63,510 nucleotides of DNA, filler included, from 10 parts of 10 records of this genome joined end to end with filler, not necessarily neighbours in it; one strand, 5' to 3'; shown: positions 47,866 to 59,379, numbered from the whole stretch's first letter. Notes: generated by a model not told the origin, from the sequence alone. Made by a program: numbers and translations.

Positions 47866-49932
47866 TCAAGCAGCAGTTTCCTTTGCCTCGCCCGGAGCTC
47901 CCTCCAGCTGCTTCTCCACCGGATCAGGGGCGGGCTCTCCAGCCGGCTGTGGAGTGAGCGAGCTAGCGGCTGCGTCGGCCCGAAGCCTGTTGAACATGAC
48001 CTGGGTGTCAGGGATCGCATCCATGCTAAACGTGCTCTTGGCAACGGGCTTGCGCCGGGTGAAGAAACTGGTCAGCCGCGAGCCCATAGACTGGCAGTCG
48101 TTCTCCACCTGCCCTTCCACTCAGCCCGGCCACACGAACCAAGCACCTCCGTGGCCGCCACCGCCTCGGCCAGCTGCTGCTGCACAGCGGCCAGTTGGCT
48201 GACGATCTGTTCGATCGTGTCTATGGCCGCAAACGTGCTCTGGAGCTTGGTCGCGTTCTCATACAGACGAGGCATGTGCTGCCAGGTCCGGCCGGAGTCA
48301 AACTTGAGTGTGTCACAAACCGCCCCAAACTGGTCCAGCCGCGAAAGCATGCCCTGCGCCACCTCGTCGATCGCCTTGAGCCTCTGCTCCTCAATCTGCC
48401 CGCCCGTCATTCGCTGGCCTCAACCGGTGTCTTCACCAGCGGAAACCGGAGGAAGTTAGCGTAGTCTGCGCCGGTCTGCGCCATCACCGCTGCCAGGCCC
48501 GGCCCGGACGCTTCCAGCCCGGACTCTGCTGGACTGGGTTGCTCGAGTAGCTCAGGCGCCGGCTCGGGGATTGATTGGTCGCATATCAACCCGGCGTGAC
48601 CCCAACCAAGCGAAAGACTCCGGGCCGAGACCCCACTCATCGTTGGGTTCAGCACTGGGCTCAGTGCGTCGACCAGGCCCCCAGCAGCACCGCCGATCTG
48701 GCCTTCGGTGCCCCGCCCCCACAGCCAGAGTTGTCCATCCTGTGCTAGCAGCGCCGAGCTGTAGTCGCCGCAAGCCAATTGGGCCTGCACACACGAGCTC
48801 AGCTGTCGTCACGCACCCGCCCGCACCACATCAATCTTCTCAAGGGCCTGGACTCTCGTCGGCACCACCTTTGCAACCAGTGAGCCGCCAGCCGCCAGTC
48901 AGTCACCGTGCTACTGGTGTCGCCATGCCCCAGCTGACCCCTCTCCCCGCGCCCCCAGCTGTACACCCCCTCGGTGGTGGCCGCCAGAGTGTGGTAGTAT
49001 CCGCAGCCCAGGTGGCTCACTGCCGGTAGATCGGCCATTTTGAGTGGCAGCTCTTGTCGTTGCGTGTTGCCATGCCCCAGCTGGCCCTTGCCCCCAAACC
49101 CCCAGGTGTACATGGCGCCGTCCTTGCACGCCGCGGCAGAGTGTCCCCACCCGCAGCCTAGCGCCACCACGTTCTTGCCTGCCAGCGCCAGCACCGTCTG
49201 CGGCTTCCTCTCTGAGTCCCGACGCCCTAGGCCGAGTTGCCCATACTCGCCTCGCCCCCAGGCCAGCACCGACTGCGTGTCGTCCAGGGCCAGACAGTGG
49301 TACCGGCTGCAACTGAGCTGCTTGATCGGGGCCGTGATCTCCACCATCTGCGGTGTGGTTGCGATGCTGGTTTCGCCCAGGCCCAGCTGGCCGTGCTCTC
49401 CCCGGCCCCAGCTGTACAGCGCCCCTTGTTCGTCGACCGCCATTGTGTGGCTCCAGCCGCAAGCCACCTGGGTGACCACAGCCCCGGAAAGCTCCGTCAC
49501 TGGGGCCGGCCAGCAGCACTGATCCGACTCAGCTGCCGGGTCCGGCTGCCGGCCGAGCTGAGATTGTTCGGAGATGCCCCAACTGAAGACTTGGCCTTGC
49601 CCAGTGGCCACCACGGTGTGCCCCCACCCGCAGGCCACCGCCACGGCCTCCTGCAGGTCCAGGTGGGCTCGGACCGGGTGCTGGTAAGACTCGGTGTTGC
49701 CCTGGCCTAGCCGCCCGTCCCAGCCGCACCCCCAGCAATACACCAGCCCCTTCCCGAGCTGGGGCCCGGCCTCGGCGGCCGCCCCGATCAGCCCCAGGAG
49801 CCGGGTGAGCTCAGCCGCCTCCGGGTCGGCCGCCGCGGCGTGGGTGAGCCAACGGAGCGCAGTCTGAAGCTGGGCGCCGGGCACGCTCTCTCCAGCCTCC
49901 AGGCGGCTCGCCACGGACTGCGCACACAGCAT
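47866..49932 (-). CDS. RCC1-repeat protein fused to a C-terminal BLOC1S4/cappuccino-like domain
   Basis: About 7 RCC1 repeats (VACGWGHT…VFSWG..GQLG); intron 48396-48436 joins FLRFPL|IEEQRL in frame; LSRLDQFGAVCDTLKFDS…LQSTFAAIDTIE resembles BLOC1S4. Confidence 0.75.
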
Positions 49933-50208
49933 GAGGGCCGCATGGGGGGGCTTTCGGTACCTGGACCTCGCTCGGAACGCAGTCCATTGATCCTTGTACC
50001 TTCACCTCTCTGCTTGAAGCGCGGATGCCTGCCGACCGGTGATGTCAACGGAAAGTGTTCGACAGCGGCGCGGACAGGCCATTGCTGTAGCGTACACGGT
50101 ACATGCCGATCCGGCCGCTCACTGCCATATCACTGCCACCGCGATCGCACTTGAGCACCATTATTAGTGTTTAGAGCACCATTAATGTTTATTCTATACC
50201 CTGCGGCA

Positions 50209-52365
50209 CTAAATCTTGCATGTTACCTTGCACTCGGTCCCATCTAACGCCCTGCTACTTCGAGTTGCATCGAGCTTGCACGGTTTGATACTGACTCGTG
50301 GCTCGTCAGTTAGCTGCGCCTGACCGTCCTCGAGCTCGTTGGCACTACTCATAGCCTCGAGCGCCTCCTTGCACGTGTCGAGCAGCACGGGCAGCTCACC
50401 CAGGCCTCGCAACCGGATACACATCAAATCAAACGCGACGCACGCCCGGCGGCCAGCGCCCACGTTCCGATCGAAATCCGGGGTCCGCGGGTACCTTTGT
50501 GAGAAGTGGGTCAGCACCACCCTGTGCGCGCCCATCCGGTCCGCCACCTGGAGCGCCTCGGGGATGGTGCAGTGCCGCTTGCTCAGGGCATGCGAACTAA
50601 GATTGGCCTCAAAGGTGGCTTCATGCACCAAGAGCGTGGCCCCAGCCCCCGCAGCCACCAGCCTGTCGCATGGTCGGGTGTCGCCCGAGTACACAAACTT
50701 CCAGCCGGCCCTGTGCTCCAGCACAGCCCCATATGCGTCTGAGCAGTGGTGCACCGGCACACTACTAAACCTAGTCAGCCCGGCCGCTTGTAGCTCCCAG
50801 CTGTTGGCTGCACTGAGCTGGCCGTCTCATTCAGCCAGCCGCTCAGAGCCGCGGCCACACCTGTCGGAAGTGCAGCCAGCGGTACCCTTGCAGCTGCAAC
50901 GTGCTTAGCCATTGCCCAACGCAGTGCGGCCCCACCACAAGCAAATGTCGTCCGTCCCTGCCCACCACTCAGATGCCCACCAGCCGGCAGGCCACTCCGT
51001 GGCCGCTCTGTGGGCTTCTATCAGGGAGGGCAGTCCGAGCACGTGATCTCCATGTCGGTGAGAAATCCACACAACCAGCAGCCCAGCCACCACTCGCCAA
51101 GCCTCCGGCCCGTATCGCCGGCCGATCTGGCCGAGCGTGCCCTCTCCCGCGTCGAGCAGCACGGTTCTATTTATCAGTATCCCGCTTGGCGCCCTGTGCT
51201 TGGACGGCTCAGCGCATCCCGTCCCGAGGAACAAGACCTCGCTATCGCACCGGTCCAGCCAAGGCGGCCCTGGCCCCGGCTGCGGCCGGCAGCCGACCCG
51301 GGCGCGCAACTCCGCGGCCCGGATCAGGTTTGCCCTGTCTTCTGGGGCCAGGTGGGGGGTCGGCTGCTGCACGCTTGATGAAGTCTCAGGCCACTCTGGG
51401 CACGCCTCAGAGTGTGCAGCAATCCCGGCCGGTTGGAGCGACCACCGCTGGAGCAGCGGGACAGCATCCGGCGAGGAAGCCAGCGGCTGCATGGGCGCGA
51501 AGTTATCCGGCGCGGCCTGGGCTAGCGCGGCAGCGTATCTGGCTGCGGAGGGGTGGGAGGGCCCGGCACTGTGGGCGAGCAAGACGTGGTGTGGCTCGGG
51601 CGACCGGGCGAGCCACTGCTGGTAGGCAGGGCGGGCGAGCATATGTGCGGGCGATAGGTGGAGCACGAGGTGGGCAGTTGTGAGCAGCTGGGTCAGCCGG
51701 GTGTCCTCTATCACAGCCTGGAGCTGCCCGTCAGAGTGGCAGCTGAGCACCACCAGCGGATGCTTCAGCCCCGCCACCCAGCACACCCACCCAGCCAGCA
51801 CCCCGCCGGGCTCCACCCGTCCCAGCCGGGGCCGCTTGGCTCGCGGTGAGTCGCTGTCGCTGGCCGGCGAAAGCTCGTCGCAAGTGTCCGACGAGGACGA
51901 TGACGGCGCGGCCTGCGGGTCGCGCGGGGGCGGGATCGGGACAGGCCAGACCTCCAGCCGGCCCTGGCACCAGCCGGTCTCGGCGGGGGCCGCGCCCTCG
52001 ATGCACCGGACGGTCGGATGGTTCCAGCCCACCAGCTGCCGGGTGGCAGCCTCCAGCCTCCCGGGCACTCCGCGGGGGCCCCACAAGGCCAGCGCGGCGT
52101 GCCCGTCCGCGGCCAGCCGGAGCAGCAGCCCGGGGAACCCGTGGGCTGGCTGGTCGAGCAGCACGGCCTGCAGGCAGTTGGAGAGCCGGAGCTTGTGTTC
52201 AAGCACCAGCCGCGACAGCCCCTCGGGGCATCCAAACAGCACCGCCGGCCCGGGCCGCTCGCGTCGGATCGAGCTGGACGGCAGCCGGAGCAGCGCCGCT
52301 GGGCCCACCCGGTCGCCCGACAGCGCCACCACGCAGGGCTCCCGCGGGCTGTTGAGTTCCTCCAT
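50209..52365 (-). CDS. Long-form tRNase Z (ELAC2-like)
   Basis: FGCPEG, FLGTGCAEPSKHR, LLDAGEGT, HxHxDH (SHRHGDH), YSGDTRPC, HEATF, LTHFSQRY, AFD. Confidence 0.9.
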
Positions 52366-52419
52366 CGACCTCCACCAGCTGCCCGATGGGTGCTGCCGTT
52401 ACGGCGGTTGTGAGCAGAG

Positions 52420-52841
52420 ATGGAACAACCAGCTCTGCCACTGGAGCAGGCCTGGCAGCTCAGAAGCATGGCGGAGGCGGAGGCGGTGGCCCTGCGCGGG
52501 GCCCCTCCGGCGCCAGGGAGCGCACCCGACCGGGCGGCGCACCTGACTGCCAGCCTGACCGACAAACGGCGGTTCAATTTCAACCGGAGGCGGGACGAGA
52601 CCCGAGAGTTACTCAAATGGCAGCAGAGCAAGCCCAACTACAACGGAGAGCTGCCCAGCCCGTTCGAGGACATCAGCGTGTACAAGTACCCGCCGGGGCC
52701 GGTTAAGGTGCCCCACTGGCCGGGCTCAACGGCTCAACACGGCGGTGGCAGGATGAGTGGCTGAGGCGAATGCTCCACCCCGAGGAATCTAGACGGCTCG
52801 GGCTGTTGTATCAGCCGGAGATGCCAAACTACCAAAAGTAG
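52420..52841 (+). CDS. Small two-exon hypothetical protein (start 52420 or 52468)
   Basis: …KYPPGPVK|DEWLRRML…NYQK* via a short GT-AG intron. Confidence 0.55.
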
Positions 52842-53005
52842 ACAACCGCTCGGGCGTGAGGCTCAGCTGGCCGGGTGAAAAGAACAGCGCTCGTCACTGG
52901 CTGCGTATGGTTGATCCAACCACTGCACCACACTATAGATTAACGCCACATAAATCCACATCAGACGATAGACACATCACGTTACTTTATGAGCCCACCC
53001 GACGG

Positions 53006-54049
53006 CTAGTTGAACATCGGCAGAGATTCATTGTACCGAAAGCCCACACCGTAATGATCAGAGCTCTGCCACACACCGCCATCCCTCAACGGGGGTTCAC
53101 CCCAGATATACGAAAAGGCCGGGAGCGCAGACTGGAACGGCGGGTCGAGTGGCCTTCCGGCCAGAGTGGTGCGCAGCATCACCCTGAGTCCGTTGGTGGG
53201 GTCGTGTGCGGCTGGGCTCGCTTTGTGAGCCACAGCGAGATTATCAATCAGAAGCAGGTCCGTCTCATTATACTCGTGCATCAGGCTGTGCGCATCCAGC
53301 AGCCGGTCCAGCTCGGACAGCAGCTCGGTCAGCTCGGCGGGACCGAGCAGCGTGTGCCCGGCACCAGCCTGTGGCCCAGCCCCATGTTCCATAGCCTCCA
53401 GCACAGGGACCACCACACGCCCGCTCGTCAGGCGCTCGGGCCAGCGTATCACTGCGCCGGTCTGCGCCAGGTGGGCGAAGAGCACCATCTGGCCGGATAC
53501 CGGGTGCCTGTGGACTAGCGGATGGGTGGCCCCAGAGTAGGCGTTAACCGATGCTAGCCGGGCCCATTCCCGCCGGCGCTCGGCGGAGAGCGCCTGGTAG
53601 GCCAGCCCGAGGTGCGCCAGGCGGGTGCCGGCCGGGCGGGGCGGCAGGGCGCGCGGCTGGAGCAGCAGGTGGCTAAACACTCGCCGTTCGAATGCGCCGT
53701 CCTGGTGCCACTGGGCCCCCACGCGCGGCACCCCCTGCTCGGGCCGGTTGGACAGCCGGAGCACCTCCGGGTACTCGGCCATCATCGGGTGCACTGTGTG
53801 CGCGGCCACCACCCGTCCAAGCCGGCGCGATCGCTCGAGCAGCGCGCCGGGGCTGTCGACCCCGGGGAGCCGCAGGAAGCCCCGGCGCGCAGCCTGCTCG
53901 GTGAGCTCGCCGGCGGGCAGCCAGGCGTCCGATCGACCCCCGAACGGCGCCAGCGGCTGGACTCGCAGCCCGCCGGTGCAACCGCCGAAGATGGCAGTCA
54001 AAGCCACCGACCAGCACCGCATCACAACCATTGGCAGCACTAACGGCAT
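53006..54049 (-). CDS. TauD/TfdA-family Fe(II)/2-oxoglutarate dioxygenase, intronless, with a hydrophobic N-terminus
   Basis: WHQDG (HxD), HPLVHRHPVSG, DLLLIDNLAVAH, RVMLRTT. Confidence 0.88.
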   Translation of the reverse strand: MPLVLPMVVMRCWSVALTAIFGGCTGGLRVQPLAPFGGRSDAWLPAGELTEQAARRGFLRLPGVDSPGALLERSRRLGRVVAAHTVHPMMAEYPEVLRLSNRPEQGVPRVGAQWHQDGAFERRVFSHLLLQPRALPPRPAGTRLAHLGLAYQALSAERRREWARLASVNAYSGATHPLVHRHPVSGQMVLFAHLAQTGAVIRWPERLTSGRVVVPVLEAMEHGAGPQAGAGHTLLGPAELTELLSELDRLLDAHSLMHEYNETDLLLIDNLAVAHKASPAAHDPTNGLRVMLRTTLAGRPLDPPFQSALPAFSYIWGEPPLRDGGVWQSSDHYGVGFRYNESLPMFN

Positions 54050-54381
54050 CTGATGGTGACGGCCGGCGCGTGCATTGGTAATGCATTGGGGTGTACTGCA
54101 GTGCACTCGTTTGTGTCGGTGGAGCAGTATTCAAGTGGTGGAGCAGGGGTTTACACTGTTATGAAGAGGTCAACGATAACTATAGTTCTCCATTCATTTT
54201 ATGTATGTGGCTAGGGCATTTTTCAACGTTCGTAATACGAGTATCACCACAATGTCATCTTCACGCACTTACGTCTTTGCTCTAGATAACAATTGTAGCC
54301 GCTGTGCGGATCTCTGTAACAGGCTCTTGGTCATTGCCAAGGGCGTTAGACAGTTGATTATCATTGGCGATTTACCTGCAA

Positions 54382-54790
54382 CTAATCGGATAAACTATCG
54401 TCCTCGAGTTCCATGTAACAGGGATTGATGTAGTATCCTTGCTTCGTTATCGCCTGCACCGAAGGAGGTATGAAGCTCCCTGTTGCAAGGTAGGCGTCAG
54501 AGTCCATCAGAGCTGCGTTTCCAGACAGATAGTTCCCTGCACAGCAGCAAGCCTTACTGAAGGCAGCTGATAGCAACGAAAGGTTGCCAGGCACCTGATA
54601 GTAACAGCGTCTTGCACCTTAGAAAGGTTGAGCTTTCCAGCACAGATGTCTTTCCTTGCAGATAGCATCGCGCCAGCGACAGGGTCGTCGGGTAAGAAGG
54701 AGGGTTCTCACTGGCCCAAGAAGCAGGGAGACTTCCACTGATTCGCATACCCGATGATGTTCAGATGCACCTTTGGTCCATTTTAAGCTC
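54382..54790 (-). pseudogene. Degenerate leucine-rich-repeat gene fragment
   Basis: RISGSLP, LSLARCYLQG, LLLS|GNYLSG LRR patterns; frame break upstream, early stop, lower GC. Confidence 0.4.
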
Positions 54791-55393
54791 CCGTGTCGTA
54801 AACTGTGAAGCACCTTTAGATGCTAAACTGCTAAACATGTATAATAAACAAAATATTATATTATATTATATATTGCGGCATCGCTTATGATGGTTGTAAT
54901 TCGTACAGAGTCGATTTAATTTTGAACTTTTGAAACATTAGTCGGTCGTATCGCCCATCTCCGTTCAAGAATCTCATCCAGATTCTCGCAATGCGGGCCG
55001 CGGGCGGGACGCTGCCCTGAGAGGGGGTGAACCGGATGTGGGGTTTGCGGCTGGCGGTCCGGAGTTAGCGGCAGTGCGGTTGCGGATGCTGCTGCTGCTG
55101 GGGCCAAGGCTTGGCAAGCACCTTAAGGAAGAGCGGGCGCGCCAGGTGGCCGAGCGGGAGATGGCAGTGCAGGCTCGGGCTAGATTATAGACAATCCATG
55201 AGACAATCTTTGCTTTGAAATGCTCGGTAACTAACTACATGTAACTAACTAAGCCAGTCAAGTGCACTTCCAGTTCAAGCGGAGGACGGACCGGGGGTAG
55301 CAAGCACAAGTCGTAACCCATTGCGTGGCTTAGTACGTACTCGTACCCCCCATGACAAATCCTCTCCGGGATGCCCTCTCTCGGCTTAATAAT

Positions 55394-55713
55394 TCAGTTG
55401 ACGAATATGGCACCGCGTCTGGCAAGTTCAGGGCAATCTCGGTATCGCTCTCGTTTGCGCAGTAGTGACGCGACCTCGCACTTGTTGAATTCATAATCAT
55501 AGATATGACACCTGCATGCGGCCCGGGGGGTTAGGACGTCGGCCGGCCGCTGACTCACTGATTGCCGCATTTGCAATCCTTGTCGGCATGGCATTCATGA
55601 GACGATGTGCCCTTCATCGCCTTGGCCAGCGTGGACCATTTGCCCTTCATCGCCTGGACCAGCGTGGTCTCCGGGCCTTGGGTAGCTCCAGCGCGGCGCT
55701 TCATCAGCTCGGC
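55394..55713 (-). CDS. 3' end of an unknown gene (…CHADKDCKCGNQ|CHIYDYEFNKCE…AIFVN*)
   Basis: Open frame from the contig edge, one GTGAGT-CAG intron, 33-nt-period internal duplication. Confidence 0.5.
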
Positions 55714-55813
55714 NNNNNNNNNNNNNNNNNNNNNNNNNNNNNNNNNNNNNNNNNNNNTTAATTAATTAANNNNNNNNNNNNNNNNNNNNNNNNNNNNNNN
55801 NNNNNNNNNNNNN
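55714..55813. other. Artificial contig linker
   Basis: N44-TTAATTAATTAA-N44. Confidence 0.98.
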
Positions 55814-55829
55814 AGAGCCGCACGAAGCG

Positions 55830-56738
55830 ATGGCGGGGCTGGCCAGCCGGGCGCTGCAGTTCGCGTACTTGAACCTGCGCGGGCACCCGCGGGGCGAGCA
55901 CATGCTGGCCAGCCTGCTGGCCCGCGGGCTGGTGCCCCGGATGGTGGTGGAGGAGGACTCGAGCCTGGCGGCCAAAGCCGGCCCGAAGTTGCGGGCCCGG
56001 CTGCGTCAGGCGGGGCCCGGCTACCCGCTGCCGGTGTCGACGGCCAGCATGGCTGCGGCGCACGGGCTGGCGGTGCACAGGGTGCCGAACCACAATTCGC
56101 TGGAGTGCGAACAGCTGTTGCGGGAGAGTGGTTGCGAGCTCGTGGTGCTGGGGGACTGCCGGATCATCCAGCCGCAGATCATGGCGGTGCCCCGGCTAGG
56201 GGTGGTCAACGTGCACCCGGGGTATCTACCGGCAGTCAAGGGCAACAACCCGTACGTCTGGAGCATTCTGAACGACTTGCCGCAGGGCTGCTCGGTGCAC
56301 TTTATCGACGAGCAGATCGACCAGGGTCCGATCATACTCAAAGCCGAGCTCGACTGCCCGTGGGGGGTGCCAGGTTTCGGCTACCCGCAGCTGCTGGCGC
56401 ATGTCAACTTGCTCTGTGGCTCGCTGCTGGCTGAGAGCATGGAGCGTATCACGGACGGCACATTCAAGCTTGAAGAGCAGCCGCCGTGCGACCCTAATCA
56501 CACGTTCAAAAGCTGCCCCGAGCCGCTGCTGAACGAGGCAATAGCTAAGCTGGAGCGAGGGTGGGTGCCCCCGTCTGCCCGTGCTTTCGAGAGCGCACGC
56601 AGTACGTCCACTGTGAGTGTGCCTCTTATGATCACCAAGAAGATGAGGCACCAGCTCGCGACAGAGGGCGGCCTCTCCGCGAGCCAGATCCATAAGCTCA
56701 CCCCTGCCGAGGCCCACGCCATCCTCGCCAAAACATGA
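55830..56738 (+). CDS. N10-formyl-THF-dependent formyltransferase (Fmt/PurN-like fold), intronless
   Basis: NVHPGYLP, GCSVHFIDEQIDQGPII. Confidence 0.85.
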   Translation: MAGLASRALQFAYLNLRGHPRGEHMLASLLARGLVPRMVVEEDSSLAAKAGPKLRARLRQAGPGYPLPVSTASMAAAHGLAVHRVPNHNSLECEQLLRESGCELVVLGDCRIIQPQIMAVPRLGVVNVHPGYLPAVKGNNPYVWSILNDLPQGCSVHFIDEQIDQGPIILKAELDCPWGVPGFGYPQLLAHVNLLCGSLLAESMERITDGTFKLEEQPPCDPNHTFKSCPEPLLNEAIAKLERGWVPPSARAFESARSTSTVSVPLMITKKMRHQLATEGGLSASQIHKLTPAEAHAILAKT

Positions 56739-56879
56739 GTTGAATCGCGCTAACCAAATAACGAAATGCTTAGCGGGGGGAATGCATTATAATTGATATC
56801 TGTTAGTGCATGTGTATGCGACGCTGTTCTACCTATAGTTGTATTCGCCCACAGTAGCGGCTGAATCACGCTGCGATGC

Positions 56880-57845
56880 TCATTTATCGACTCCGAGCAT
56901 TGCCTTGAACTGATCATATGCCACAAACTGTATCCCGGCCTCTGGGATGCACTTGATTGAGTTGAGCACAATCCCTGGGTAAAAGGCCCGCACCCCGCCC
57001 TGCCGGTAGATCTTCTGGACACAGTCCACTAGACCGGTGTACTTTTTCTTGCCGTCGATTCCGTTGCTCTGCATTTGCTTCTTTATAGTGTCGCCCCAGT
57101 ATGCGGAGGTCTGCGCAATGAGCCCCGCGCAGGCCCCAGCCAGAAACGAGCCGGTGATAGTCGGCTTACCAGTGGCCGGGTCGACCGGCGCCTTGGCTTT
57201 GAAAACGTCATACAGCGCCATTTGTAATCCGACGTACCTGCACCAGCACGTCAGCCGCAGCAAGGCGAGTGGCTGCACGTACAGCGGCGTGCTGCAAAAC
57301 GTGACCGAGAAGCCCTGGTAGAGTGCCGGGACCCCTTCTGTCCGGACAGTCTTGACCGCGCAGTCCCATATCCCCCGGTAGTTGCCCCCCATCGCCTTGT
57401 CCAGCGTGAGCCGCGTGCGGACGAACTCTAACGGATAAGTGATCGAGGCCTGCGAGAACCCGGCGAGCATCCCGGCACCGAGCAGCTGCCCGAACCCCAT
57501 CTGCTGCACGGTCTGTCCCGGCCGGAGGAAGGCCTTCTTGTAGCTATCGTTGAACATGAACTTGAGACTGTACGCCGGCAGAATCCGGACGATGTTGGCC
57601 CCGTTCCCCTTGTACAGCCCACGGAGCCCGTCCTCCTGCACAATCGTCCGCAGCGAGCCGCCGACCGACTGGTACTTGCTGGTCCCAAACATGCCTTGCA
57701 CCTGATAGAGCAGCTTGACCCGCTCCAGAGGCGCCACCGCCGTCTTGGTCACCACGCCACTGCCGGCGCCTGCCCCCGGCCTGACGCCTGCCGCCCGGGC
57801 GGCGGCACCGCAGCAAAAGAAGAGCACCGACTCTGGGATCGGCAT
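56880..57845 (-). CDS. Mitochondrial carrier (SLC25; CoA/adenine-nucleotide-type)
   Basis: PLERVK, PLEFVRTRL, GDTIKKQMQ signature repeats; YKGNGAN. Confidence 0.92.
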   Translation of the reverse strand: MPIPESVLFFCCGAAARAAGVRPGAGAGSGVVTKTAVAPLERVKLLYQVQGMFGTSKYQSVGGSLRTIVQEDGLRGLYKGNGANIVRILPAYSLKFMFNDSYKKAFLRPGQTVQQMGFGQLLGAGMLAGFSQASITYPLEFVRTRLTLDKAMGGNYRGIWDCAVKTVRTEGVPALYQGFSVTFCSTPLYVQPLALLRLTCWCRYVGLQMALYDVFKAKAPVDPATGKPTITGSFLAGACAGLIAQTSAYWGDTIKKQMQSNGIDGKKKYTGLVDCVQKIYRQGGVRAFYPGIVLNSIKCIPEAGIQFVAYDQFKAMLGVDK

Positions 57846-57969
57846 GGCAGCAGGGCGTCGCGGCGCAAGTCGTGACAGCGCAGCGGGGCTTACGCCGGCT
57901 TGAATGAAAATTCCGTTGCAGTTAGCCCGCGGCCGCCGGAGCAACGCTTGAGTCGATTCATCGAGTCGA

Positions 57970-59183
57970 ATGAGCCGGGGCGGGGACCGTAGCCAGCCGC
58001 TCGAGCAGGAGGTGCTCTGCGTCGGGCAGCAGGTGCTCAAGATCAGCACCTGGACGCCTCCCGAGGAGGTGCTCTGCGTCGGGCTGGCCTGCGTCGACTT
58101 CGTTAACCTGGTCGAGAGCTATCCAGCCGAGGACTCTCTGGCCCGAGCCACCGAGCAGACGGTGCCCCCAGCCCCCAGGCCGACGCCCAGGCCCGCGGGC
58201 AGGTCCGGCGCGGTGGCAACGCCAGCAACACGGCCTGCGTTCTCGGCGGCCAGGGTGTCCAAGCCAGGCGCGGCGGAGGCCGGGCCGGGCTGACAGGGTG
58301 GCAGCTGGTGCGGCAGCCTCGGGAGCGGGCCGATGGCTGACCTGGTCCTGGCCGACCTCAAGCAGTTCGGAGTGCTGCCTGTCACTCCTGGCGGCCCGCA
58401 GCCGGTCGGGCAGCCCACGGCTCACATCGTGGCTAGCGCGGTAACCAGCCGAGCCGTTGGGGCCGCCGACTGAGCCGCGGCCAGAGCACCAAATCGCGCA
58501 CGGTGGTGCTGCACAACAGCCTGCCGGAGCTGCCGCCCCCGGTGATGGATTGGCTCGAGCTGGCCGGGCTTGCCTGGCTCCACATCGAGTGCCGGCCAAA
58601 CCTGCAGGCACTCGAGTCACTCATGCGCCGCGCAGCAGAGCACGGCGTGCCGGTGCCTGATCTCCGGCGGCGCGGGCCAACCGTCGGGCAGGTCTCGCTG
58701 GAGCTCGAGAAGCCACGGCCGGCCGATATCCGGCTGGCGAAGCACGCGGCGCTTGTGATGTTCTCTCAAGAGTTTTGCAAGGCGAGAGGATTCGAAGAGC
58801 CCGAAGCTTGCATCGCTGAGGCGTTCAAGAGCGGGGATCTGGCGCCCGGGACGATTGCGGTCTGCTCCCTGGGAGAGAAGGGCGCGATGGCCATGCGGGG
58901 AGAGGAAAAGTTTGAGAGCGGAGCGTTTGCTCCGGAGGCCGGGGTGGTGGACACTGTGGGTGCGGGCGATACTTTCAATGCCGGCCTGGTTCGACTGCTG
59001 GTGGAGGCCCGTCGCCTGGGCGTGAGGCTGGATAGCCATCCGATGGTGGTGGATGTTGCGCTCGGGTTTGCCTGCGAGCTTGCTGGACTGAAGGTTGGAA
59101 TGAACGGATTTGGTGGCTTGAAGGAGGCGAGTCTGCGGCTTGGGCTGCTCGACAAGGCCGTCTCCAAGCTGTCGAGGCCCTAA
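57970..59183 (+). CDS. Ketohexokinase-like PfkB sugar kinase
   Basis: VLCVGLACVD…YPAEDS, RRGGNASNTACVL, SRTVVLHN.LPEL, WLHIECR, SLELEKPR, VVDTVGAGDTFNAG. Confidence 0.88.
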
Positions 59184-59379
59184 TTATCTACGAATAAATG
59201 CTAAACATATCGTGAACGGTGTAGTACGATTGTTAGCCTTTACATGTAATGAGTTTTAATTATGGCTAGCCCCTGCTCTACGGTACCGGTAGTGCTATTC
59301 TTGGAACACAGAAATCTTAGATTTCACTATGAAGCAGGCTCCTCGGGCCCCCTGGCGCTTCGGGCTGCAGTAGGCTGCA

